This document shows, piece by piece, positions 1-7,814 of a DNA stretch of 29,232 bases. Positions within the stretch are counted from its first letter, which is position 1. Every line of letters starts with the position of its first letter. Origin of the DNA: Candidatus Fimivicinus sp. (lineage in GTDB: Bacteria; Bacillota; Clostridia; Oscillospirales; Acutalibacteraceae); NCBI GenBank assembly GCA_052346825.1, contig DAWDUP010000003.1, positions 9,055-38,286 of the forward strand, in the 5' to 3' direction. The translations under genes were made by a program, and so were the position numbers. Below the pieces are notes generated by a model. The model was given only the letters and a program-made list of their open reading frames with translations. It was not told the DNA's origin and made no database searches.

Positions 1-286
1 CTTCATATTGCTGCGCTTGATGCGAGCCGGGCTGCACAGTTTTGTAGCTCGCCTCCATCTGCGCTTTGTCCTCTGCCGTCATTAGCGTCTCGAAAAAGTC
101 AAGGCCCTTCCGGCTGATTGCCTTGGGCGCCTGTTCGGAGATGCCGCCCTGCTGGATGCCGACATTGACGATATCGGACATCAGATTCGGCAGATTCAGA
201 TCGCAGGCCGCCTGTACAAATAGCAAGACGACGCAGATGAGAATTGGAAGCACATAAGGCTTTGCATAGTGCAAAAGCTTTTTCAT
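1..286 (-). CDS. ABC transporter permease/ATP-binding protein (multidrug exporter type), N-terminal part; truncated by the window edge
   Basis: Hand translation from ATG at 286: MKKLLHYAKPYVLPILICVVLLFVQAACDLNLPNLMSDIVNVGIQQGGI..., the typical first TM helix of Firmicute heterodimeric ABC exporters. RBS GAAAGGGTGA. Frame is open to the window edge. Not in the ORF track. Confidence 0.85.
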   Translation of the reverse strand, partial: MKKLLHYAKPYVLPILICVVLLFVQAACDLNLPNLMSDIVNVGIQQGGISEQAPKAISRKGLDFFETLMTAEDKAQMEASYKTVQPGSHQAQQYE

Positions 287-366
287 TCGATCACCCTTTC
301 CTTGCAGCGTACCCTGCACGCTGCCTCCGGGTTTCCTCCGGATAATAGTTAACATGATTAATTGAT

Positions 367-394
367 ATTATAGTATCTAAAAATTAAGTGTCAA
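367..394 (-). promoter_or_regulatory. SigA-type promoter for the ABC transporter
   Basis: TTGACA (394-389), 16 bp, TATAAT (372-367); both hexamers are perfect consensus. Confidence 0.75.
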
Positions 395-476
395 GATGAA
401 ATGGAGCAATTCCAGATTCTTTACAATCCGTTCATAATGAAAGCACACTTTTCATTCCATTCCTCCGTTTTTATGC

Positions 477-505
477 TTGACAAGTGGTTCACAACGAGAT
501 AGACT
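477..505 (+). promoter_or_regulatory. SigA-type promoter for marR
   Basis: TTGACA (477-482), 17 bp, TAGACT (500-505). Confidence 0.7.
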
Positions 506-506
506 A

Positions 507-533
507 AAATTAATTAACAAATGCAATTAATTT
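507..533. promoter_or_regulatory. Putative MarR operator (inverted repeat)
   Basis: AAATTAATT-N9-AATTAATTT directly downstream of the marR -10 box; related site TAGTTAACATGATTAATTG at 346-364 lies downstream of the ABC -10 box. Confidence 0.5.
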
Positions 534-553
534 AGGCGTTGGAGGCGGCTTGA

Positions 554-1045
554 ATGGAAGAAATGGAATATGAGCTGATTGAGGCTTTGTTTGAGGCAAA
601 GCACAGCCTGCACCAGGTGATCCATTTTGCCAATGTCCCACGTGGTACGTTCGCAGCGATGTTTTTGATCGATCAGATGAATCGGGAGCCGCAGCAGGAG
701 CGGACGGTGCCGGGCGTGACGGTTTCCATGCTCAGCGAGCGGCTACACAATTCCCGCCCGGCTGTTACCCGGCTGATCAATGACTTGGAGGAGCAGGGCT
801 ATGTTGTCAAGCTCACAGCCAAACAGGACAGGCGCTTTGTCTACCTGATGCTGACGCCGGATGGGCAAGCGGTTTTGTCAGAGGCGAAGCGGACCTTTTT
901 TACGGCGGTGCATCAGGTGACACGGCTGCTTGGAGAAGAAGACTCCCGCGAGCTGCTGCGGCTTTTGCGGCGTATTTCGGCGCTTCGGCTGCAACGGAAG
1001 GGATCAGATGCTGAGGCACATGAAACAACAGATAAAATCACATGA
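554..1045 (+). CDS. MarR family transcriptional regulator
   Basis: wHTH motif VTVSMLSERLHNSRPAVTRLINDLEEQGYV..DRR..YLMLTPDG; RBS GGAGG; divergent from the ABC exporter. Confidence 0.93.
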   Translation: MEEMEYELIEALFEAKHSLHQVIHFANVPRGTFAAMFLIDQMNREPQQERTVPGVTVSMLSERLHNSRPAVTRLINDLEEQGYVVKLTAKQDRRFVYLMLTPDGQAVLSEAKRTFFTAVHQVTRLLGEEDSRELLRLLRRISALRLQRKGSDAEAHETTDKIT

Positions 1046-1100
1046 CCGGAAACATGTTGCCGTGCTTGAAGAGGGTGATAGCGTTTCAGTGAAAATGTCA

Positions 1101-1136
1101 AAAAGCCGGGCAGCTCCTTCCACAGAGCTGCCCGGC
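1101..1136 (-). terminator. Rho-independent terminator between convergent marR and ricT
   Basis: GCCGGGCAGCTC-N8-GAGCTGCCCGGC, 12-bp stem with TTTT after it on the minus strand. Confidence 0.8.
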
Positions 1137-1160
1137 CGTGTATTTTGCAATGGAAAAGTT

Positions 1161-2024
1161 TTATTCCAGCTCCTTCAGCGCCTGCTCCTCTTCCTTTGCC
1201 ACGCGGATCTGCGTATCCTTCACGATACGGACATCCCGGCGGTGGATGGAAAGTGGGGCGGCATCCGGCCGCTTATTGAGCCGGATCTTAAGCATACCGG
1301 TCAAAAGATTGGTATCGATCACGACGCCGCGGCCCTCCTTAGTGTCCACGATCGCACCGTTTTTCGGCGTGACACGCAGCAGATGCTCATAGGCATTCTG
1401 CTCGTATTTTAGGCAGCACATCAGCCTGCCGCAGGTACCGCTGATCTTGACAGGATTGAGCGAGATGCCCTGCTCCTTCGCCATTTTAATCGAGACGGAC
1501 TGAAAATCGCCCAAAAAGGTGCTGCAGCAAAACGGCCGCCCGCAGATGCCGAGCCCGCCGAGCAGCTTCGATTCATCGCGCACACCGATCTGCCTGAGCT
1601 CGATGCGCGTGCGGAATACGCTCGCAAGATCCTTGACTAGCTCGCGGAAATCGACGCGCCCGTCCGCTGTGAAATAAAACATGATTTTGCTGCGGTCGAA
1701 GGTGTATTCCACCTCTACGAGCTTCATCTCCAGCTTGTGCGCCGCAATTTTTTGCAGGCAGATCTGATATGCATCCTTTTCCTTGGCGCGGTTTTCCGCC
1801 ACGATCTTTAAATCCTCCTGAGTAGCAGCACGGATGATCATTTTCAGCGGCTTTACGATCTGGTCGTCCGGCACCTCACGGTTGTCCATTGCGACCTCAC
1901 CGCATTCGATACCGCGCGCCGTTTCCACGATGACATGATCCCCCTTGGAGAAGGGCTTTTCGTCCGGGTCGAAGTAATAAACCTTTCCAGCGCTCTTAAA
2001 CCGGACGCCTACAATTTCGGCCAT
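1161..2024 (-). CDS. ricT: PSP1-domain stage 0 sporulation protein YaaT/RicT
   Basis: VGVRFKSAGKVYYFDP, FTADGRVDFRELVKDLA, GICGRPFCC, KISGTCGRLMCCLKYE; follows holB as in Bacillus. Confidence 0.95.
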   Translation of the reverse strand: MAEIVGVRFKSAGKVYYFDPDEKPFSKGDHVIVETARGIECGEVAMDNREVPDDQIVKPLKMIIRAATQEDLKIVAENRAKEKDAYQICLQKIAAHKLEMKLVEVEYTFDRSKIMFYFTADGRVDFRELVKDLASVFRTRIELRQIGVRDESKLLGGLGICGRPFCCSTFLGDFQSVSIKMAKEQGISLNPVKISGTCGRLMCCLKYEQNAYEHLLRVTPKNGAIVDTKEGRGVVIDTNLLTGMLKIRLNKRPDAAPLSIHRRDVRIVKDTQIRVAKEEEQALKELE

Positions 2025-2060
2025 ATATCTACAATTCCTCCATTATCATTGAATCTATCG

Positions 2061-2942
2061 CTATTTTCCCACCGCGCGCCTGAGCGTGCTGCAAAGCCGC
2101 GTGATGAGCAAATTTTGATTGGCGTTATGTAAAATACTGAGATTGAGAGCAGCCAGCGCCTCTATGGCGGCCAGCAGCCGCTCCTGGGTGAGGGCCCCGG
2201 CGAGATAGCGGGCGGTTTCGTCTGCCGACTCCATTCCGCAGCTGATACGGATCGCCTCGCGGAAGAGAAGCGTCATGCGCGCAAGGCATGCGGCAGTCAG
2301 CTCTTTGTCCTTTTCGAGCTTTCCTGTCAGGGAAAGCAGGGGGAATTCCGACGCGGCGGCAACCGCACGGGCCATCTGCTCGGAAAGGTCGTTTATTTTT
2401 TGCTCCCTTTTGCCAGCGGCAGCCGTGAGCTCCTGCGCAGGAGCGTCCAGCGTGACGGTTATCACGCGGGAGAGGATGGTGGCCAGCATTTTGGTTTTGG
2501 AGTCGCAGGTCAGAAGAAAAACGGCATAAGCGGGTGGCTCCTCCAATACCTTGAGCAGCGCGTTTTGCGCCTGAGGCGACATGGACTGGGCATTGAGCAG
2601 AAGATAGACCTTATTCTGCGCCTCGTTGGGCAGGATAGAAACATCCTCCCGCACTTCGCGCACCGTTTCAATATGAAAGGAGCGGGCAGCCTCTCCACCC
2701 TCTGCCTCAAGGATATCCGGATGCGCCTGTGCGCAGGCCTTTTGGCAGGCTGTGCATTTCCCGCATGGGCGTTCACCGGAAGCGGTGCAGACAAGTGCCT
2801 GCGCAATGAGGCGGGCCAGTTTTTTTCGTTCCTCCGTTGCCCCGCCTTCGATGAGGACTGCATGCGGAAAACGGCCTGTATCCATCAGGCCCGCAATCTG
2901 TCTGCAGGCCTGCGGGCTTGTATGAAAAGAACCAAAATTCAT
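2061..2942 (-). CDS. holB: DNA polymerase III subunit delta'
   Basis: HAVLIEG, zinc motif C..PCGKCTAC, HPD, AQNALLKVLEEPP, TILSR; located between darA and ricT. Confidence 0.9.
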   Translation of the reverse strand: MNFGSFHTSPQACRQIAGLMDTGRFPHAVLIEGGATEERKKLARLIAQALVCTASGERPCGKCTACQKACAQAHPDILEAEGGEAARSFHIETVREVREDVSILPNEAQNKVYLLLNAQSMSPQAQNALLKVLEEPPAYAVFLLTCDSKTKMLATILSRVITVTLDAPAQELTAAAGKREQKINDLSEQMARAVAAASEFPLLSLTGKLEKDKELTAACLARMTLLFREAIRISCGMESADETARYLAGALTQERLLAAIEALAALNLSILHNANQNLLITRLCSTLRRAVGK

Positions 2943-2960
2943 AGCGGTATCCCTGCGCCC

Positions 2961-3284
2961 TTACAGCTTATAAAACTGCGCAACGTCCAGCACGAACACG
3001 GTTGCACCGCCTACGGTGATTTCGACGGGTGTGGACATGAGCGGTTCGTTGATATAAGTGGAGGCCGGCTGGACGAGCTGCGTGCGCTTGCGGCTGAAGC
3101 GGCCGATCAAGTCGATCAGCTCGGAGACACGTTCGTCCTCCACGCCGGCGAGAAGCGTGACGTTCCCTGCCCGCAGAAAACCGCCGGAGGTGGAAAGCTT
3201 GGTGGCGCTGAATTCAGCGCGGGTAATTTCCGACAGAACCGTATGGCTGTCGTCATTGTTGACGATTGCAACAACCAGTTTCAT
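2961..3284 (-). CDS. darA: Cyclic-di-AMP receptor, PII-like DarA/YaaQ
   Basis: MKLVVAIVNNDD..TKLSTSGGFLRAGNVT..GGATVFVLDV; RBS GAAAGGATGG; start at 3284 or 3290 rather than 3398. Confidence 0.93.
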   Translation of the reverse strand: MKLVVAIVNNDDSHTVLSEITRAEFSATKLSTSGGFLRAGNVTLLAGVEDERVSELIDLIGRFSRKRTQLVQPASTYINEPLMSTPVEITVGGATVFVLDVAQFYKL

Positions 3285-3386
3285 ATTCATAACCATCCTT
3301 TCACGAAATCGCAGGGATGTTTGAGCTACCAATAGGGAACAAAAACGGCCTGGCAGTTTGTGCTGGCAAGCATATAACCTGATTAC

Positions 3387-3415
3387 ATTATAATGCACCG
3401 CGCGTTATTTTACAA
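3387..3415 (-). promoter_or_regulatory. Internal SigA-type promoter for darA-holB-ricT
   Basis: TTGTAA (3415-3410), 17 bp, TATAAT (3392-3387). Confidence 0.6.
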
Positions 3416-4739
3416 CTTGAATCTCTAAAATACCAGATTGCGCCATCATTGTAGCGCATTCCTCTGTAATGCTTTCGCCTGGCATCACGGTGGGGATGGC
3501 GGGTGGGCAAGGGCAGGCGACCTGCGCGGCAATGCGCCCAGCGGCCTGCCGGACGGAGATGCGTTCTCTGGAGGAAAGGAGCGCCTCGCGGGGCGTCATC
3601 GCAACGGGGGGCGGCGCAGGCAGCAGGCAGGACGGTGCGAAGGGAGCTCCTGCTGGCATAGTTTTCACTGCGCGCCGCAGGCGGCTGAAATCTTCCTGCG
3701 TATTGAACGGAGAGAGCAGCAGGATCAGAAAGGCATCGTCCGCATATTCAGCCTCAATCCCTGCTTCTCGTAAATGGAAAGCGGCCTGTTTTCCGCTGAT
3801 CCCTGCATGTGCCGTATTCCAGACAAGATGAAGCGGATCGCATGGCCCCTCAGGGGCGAGGAAACCGCGCGTGCGCGCGTATGCGTTGAGCAAGGCGGCC
3901 TGGGCGGCTGTTTCAGCCAAGGCGGCTTCACCCCGCTCCTCCAGCCAAGCACGGCAAAGGTCGAGCGAGAGAAGAATGGGGAAGGACGGGCTTGTGGATC
4001 CGAACAGGGCCATGGCATCCCGCACATTGGGCAGATATCGGGCATCTCCAATCTGCAGGAACGCGCCGCCGGTCAGGACGGGCAGGGTCTTGTGTGCGGA
4101 ATCAGCGCACATCGCGGCCCCTTGGGAGAGTGGATGCAGCCCCCGGTCAAGAAAGAGCAGGTGTGCGCCATGCGCGCTATCAACAATAACCGGGACCTGA
4201 TATTTTGTTGCCTGCGCGCAGATCGCATGGAGATCGCTCATCACGCCGTAATAATCTGGCGAGGTGAGATAAACGGCCCTGGCATCCGGATTTTTCTGCA
4301 GCGCATCTGCCACATCTTGCGCATTCATCCGCCCTGCAAGGCCGGGCCCCGCATCCTGCCGGGGCCATACCCAGATAGGAGTCAGGTTTAAAAGCGCCAT
4401 CGCGTTGACGGCGCTGCGGTGGACAACACGGTCCATAATGATCTTACCGCCGGATGGAGCGATAAGGCGCAGCATGGCCTGAATACACAGGGTGCAGCCT
4501 CCGGCCGAGAAAAAGGTGCCCGCCGTTTTAAAGGCCCTTGTGGCGGCTTCTTCCGCCAGCAAGGTGGGGCCTTCTGCATCAAAAAGGCTGCCAGTGGAGG
4601 GAAGCTCCGTAACGTCAAAGCCGAGGATGTCTGCAAGTGGGGCGAGGCAGTCGGCCCTCCCCTTGTGGCCGGGCATATGCAGGCTGACCTGTTCCGTTTT
4701 CCTATGATGAATAAGTGCCCGATAGAGCGGTATGTCAAT
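3405..4739 (-). CDS. PLP-dependent Orn/Lys/Arg decarboxylase (YaaO-like)
   Basis: LHMPGHKG, DVTEL, HRS, TSPDYYG, VDSAHGAH, SAHKTLP (PLP lysine), STSPS, PCPPAIP..PGE. Start uncertain: ATT at 4739 has an RBS; ATG at 4763 and TTG at 4787 do not. Confidence 0.88.
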   Translation of the reverse strand: MDIPLYRALIHHRKTEQVSLHMPGHKGRADCLAPLADILGFDVTELPSTGSLFDAEGPTLLAEEAATRAFKTAGTFFSAGGCTLCIQAMLRLIAPSGGKIIMDRVVHRSAVNAMALLNLTPIWVWPRQDAGPGLAGRMNAQDVADALQKNPDARAVYLTSPDYYGVMSDLHAICAQATKYQVPVIVDSAHGAHLLFLDRGLHPLSQGAAMCADSAHKTLPVLTGGAFLQIGDARYLPNVRDAMALFGSTSPSFPILLSLDLCRAWLEERGEAALAETAAQAALLNAYARTRGFLAPEGPCDPLHLVWNTAHAGISGKQAAFHLREAGIEAEYADDAFLILLLSPFNTQEDFSRLRRAVKTMPAGAPFAPSCLLPAPPPVAMTPREALLSSRERISVRQAAGRIAAQVACPCPPAIPTVMPGESITEECATMMAQSGILEIQVVK

Positions 4740-5562
4740 CGTTTGAATCCCCTTCCCTTCCATATAGGATATGGAGATTGCGCTCAATCACATTTCGGCC
4801 TCTCCATGCGTAAGCGCGGCCCTCCAGAGGGCTGTTTTTCACAACGGTGGGATGGAAGGTGTTGATAAATTCCGGGAGCGGGCGAATCACAGCATGGGCG
4901 TTCATCGGGCAGACCTCCTGGCAGATGTCGCATCCCCATGCACAGCCGGAACGGCGGATCAGAGCGGCTTCTTCTTCGGTAAGCGTCCCCTTGCGCTGGG
5001 TAAGCGCAGACATGCATTTTGTGTGATCGATTCCTTCCGCGGATAAGGCGCCGGTGGGGCAGAAAAGCAGGCAGCGTCCGCACCCTAGGCAGGGCCGGAT
5101 GTCATGCGGCGGAGCATTGAGGGAAAGCGTGGAAACGATCTCACCGATGAAAACCCAGGAGCCGTAAGTTTCGTGAATCAGAAGGCCATTTTTTCCGACG
5201 CAGCCGAGCCCAGCCAGCGCCGCAGCGCGGACCTCCGGGATGGGGGAGTTATCGGTAAAGCTTTCAAATTGTTCATCAGGGAAGCTTTGCTTCAAGCGGC
5301 AAACCGCGCGTTCCAGATAGCAGGGAACGATATCGTGATAATCCCCTACCGAAGCATAACGAGAGAGGTTGCCGCCCCGATAGGCCTCCCGCTCCATTGC
5401 ATAGGGGAAAAGAGCGACAAGCACAGTCTGTGCCTTCGGAGGAATTCGTTGCTGTGCACGGCAGTCAATGAGAAAGGGGCGCAGGGGTGCAAATGGGCAG
5501 CTTCCAAAAACAGGAATACCGGATTCAGAAAAAATGGTTTCGATTTTTTTCAGGAGTTCCAT
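4735..5562 (-). CDS. queG: Epoxyqueuosine reductase QueG family (4Fe-4S)
   Basis: SRYA..DYH, DNSPIPE, AGLG..GKNGLLI..YGSWVFIGE, CLGCGRCLLFCPTGAL, WGCDICQEVCPMN; RBS AAAAGGAG before ATG at 5562. Confidence 0.85.
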   Translation of the reverse strand: MELLKKIETIFSESGIPVFGSCPFAPLRPFLIDCRAQQRIPPKAQTVLVALFPYAMEREAYRGGNLSRYASVGDYHDIVPCYLERAVCRLKQSFPDEQFESFTDNSPIPEVRAAALAGLGCVGKNGLLIHETYGSWVFIGEIVSTLSLNAPPHDIRPCLGCGRCLLFCPTGALSAEGIDHTKCMSALTQRKGTLTEEEAALIRRSGCAWGCDICQEVCPMNAHAVIRPLPEFINTFHPTVVKNSPLEGRAYAWRGRNVIERNLHILYGREGDSND

Positions 5563-5618
5563 CAGAAGCTCTCTCCTTTTGCATCGCCAGCCGATCCTTA
5601 TTATGAAAAGAAGAATTT

Positions 5619-6545
5619 TTAAACGCATGCAGACAAGGCGATCATAACGGGCATGGTCAGAATCGAGAGGAATGTGATCACGGCGACCGCCTTGGAGGCG
5701 AGCCCGGTATCGCGGCCATATTTTGCAGCAAACATCACGGTATTGTTCGCCGTAGGGGCGCTTGCGGAGATGATGCAGGCGGTCAGCAGCGCACCGGTGA
5801 TGCCGCAGAGCCGGAAGATCAGAAGCATGAGCGCCGGCAGGACAAGCAGCTTGAGCGCAGCGGCCAGATAAATCTTTTTCTCCCGGAACATGGTCTTTAG
5901 ATCGGTATTCGCAAGATAAGTGCCGAACATAATCATTGCCATCGGCGTATTGAGCCCCGCGATAAAGGAGATCGGGTCCGCCAGCACAACAGGCAGCTGG
6001 ATCTCCAGCAGATAAAGCGGCAGGCCAATGGCCACGGAAATGGTACCTGGATTAAACAGGAGCTTTTTTCCGTTGAAATGTTTTGCGCCGGACATGACGG
6101 CAACACCGTGCGTAAAGCAGACGACATTGAAGGGGATCAGGCAGGCGGAGCAATAAAAAACGCCGGGCGCGCCAAGCAGGGCCTGCGCCATGGGAAGCGC
6201 CATATAGCCAACGTTTCCATAGACGCTGGCATATTTGTAGATGGCATTTTCCTCCCTGTTTCCCTTTCGAAAAAGAGGAAGCGAAATCAAAATAGCGACG
6301 CCGTGCATGGCAAAACCGCAGGCGGCGGAGATCAGGAGCGCCGTTGCATTTTCTCTTGTCAACTCCATGGAGAGAAAGGACTGTGTGATGATCGCGGGCG
6401 TAACGATATAAAAAAGCAGGTCGTTCGTCATCCGAGCGGCCTTCTCTTTGTAAAGCCCCGTTTTATCCGCGAGAAAGCCAACGGCGATCATGATGTACAG
6501 GATAAGTACCTGCTGCGCGGCGGTGGCCATATTTTCTAGAAACAA
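5619..6545 (-). CDS. AEC (auxin efflux carrier) family transporter
   Basis: About 10 hydrophobic segments; GNVGYMALP, NP, TPMAMIMFG, PTA motifs; likely TTG start at 6545 after RBS GAGGA. Confidence 0.88.
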   Translation of the reverse strand: MFLENMATAAQQVLILYIMIAVGFLADKTGLYKEKAARMTNDLLFYIVTPAIITQSFLSMELTRENATALLISAACGFAMHGVAILISLPLFRKGNREENAIYKYASVYGNVGYMALPMAQALLGAPGVFYCSACLIPFNVVCFTHGVAVMSGAKHFNGKKLLFNPGTISVAIGLPLYLLEIQLPVVLADPISFIAGLNTPMAMIMFGTYLANTDLKTMFREKKIYLAAALKLLVLPALMLLIFRLCGITGALLTACIISASAPTANNTVMFAAKYGRDTGLASKAVAVITFLSILTMPVMIALSACV

Positions 6546-6586
6546 GCAAATTCCTCGCTTTGCATTGATAATCAAGGAAAGAGCAA

Positions 6587-6608
6587 GGGGCGGGCATCAG
6601 CCCGCCCC
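6587..6608 (-). terminator. Probable terminator hairpin
   Basis: GGGGCGGGC-ATCA-GCCCGCCCC followed by a T-rich tract on the minus strand, just after the 6625 gene. Confidence 0.6.
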
Positions 6609-6624
6609 AATTGCATACCACTCA

Positions 6625-7530
6625 TTATACGATGCTTTTGCTCTTTTTCAGAGGTGAGAAGGCTGCCTGCGTGAGCACAAAGAGGATCAGGACCGATGCG
6701 ATGAGATCGCATAGCTCAAATGGAGACTGCGCCGTCAGCTGGGAAGAACGGCCAATGACGATCAATACCAGGCGCGGCACAGAGCAGATTAGTCCGAATA
6801 ACGCTGCCGGAAGACCAAACCCATAGAGACTCCACATAACGCCGCGGTCATCCACGCGGGAACAGACGCGTGCAAAATTCAGGAAAAACAGGAGCATCGC
6901 AGCGAGCATAAACAATTCGAATAGGAGCTCTGAGACATTTTTGAAGTTGATCGTACGTGAAAAACGAAAAATCATACGGGCCATGACCCAGCACAGAGGC
7001 GCAACAGCTAAGATCTTAAACTGGGAAAAGTCCAGCTTGTTCGTGATATAGTGATAGCCGAAAAAGAGGAAGTAAACGCAGCCAAGCACTGCGAACAGCA
7101 CTTCGAAAATCAGGGCGAAGCCGCCTGTTTTGATCAGGTAGACAAAAACGCTGGTAGTCTGCTGCAGAGCAATTGTGTTGCGTTCAGAGAGAATGTTTAA
7201 AAAATTTTCCGTTTGGGAAATGGCATCCATCACAAGGGAAACGGAAAAGAGAAGAGAAACGACGCCCAGCCCGATATTCTTTCCTCGTAAGATCCTCAGA
7301 GGTATGCGCCCACTGAGATAGGAGAGCACGACAAGCACTGCCGTCAGGACTGCGAGCAGAATATACAGCGCGGGAATGGTAGCGCTGCTTGACGCATAAA
7401 AGCCGGTTTCCGGCTCGATCAGCCGCATGAGCTGATAGGTGCGCAGCGGCAAAACGGCCACAAGCCCCGCCGCAAAAACACATAAAACGGCCATCATTGG
7501 GATGGATTTCACACGCCCTTTGAGCTTCAT
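6625..7530 (-). CDS. Hypothetical polytopic membrane protein (about 8 TM segments)
   Basis: 301 aa with repeated hydrophobic segments; strong RBS AGGAGTGA; no motif recognised. Confidence 0.85.
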   Translation of the reverse strand: MKLKGRVKSIPMMAVLCVFAAGLVAVLPLRTYQLMRLIEPETGFYASSSATIPALYILLAVLTAVLVVLSYLSGRIPLRILRGKNIGLGVVSLLFSVSLVMDAISQTENFLNILSERNTIALQQTTSVFVYLIKTGGFALIFEVLFAVLGCVYFLFFGYHYITNKLDFSQFKILAVAPLCWVMARMIFRFSRTINFKNVSELLFELFMLAAMLLFFLNFARVCSRVDDRGVMWSLYGFGLPAALFGLICSVPRLVLIVIGRSSQLTAQSPFELCDLIASVLILFVLTQAAFSPLKKSKSIV

Positions 7531-7814
7531 AAATAAATCACTCCTGCTTTTTTGTTACGTACGAATGTATTCGTTTCGAACGCAGTGAGTCACAAAGCAA
7601 AGCTGGTTGTTCTCACATGGATAGAAGGGATTCCAAACGTTTTTAAAAGGTGAATACGAGCGGCTGTTGCTGAGGATTCTGCCAAATAGAACTGGTGAGG
7701 GCTTCGGGCACTGCCTGATCGCAGCGAAAAGCGGTTCCCAAGCCCTTTATAAACTCCTTTGTGAATTTTGGGCGCCGCAAAACGCGTGCCGCCGGGTATG
7801 CAGATATAGCAGAG

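Noticed and set aside
2400..3335. 311-aa plus-strand ORF
   Set aside because: Antisense to the well-supported holB and darA genes.
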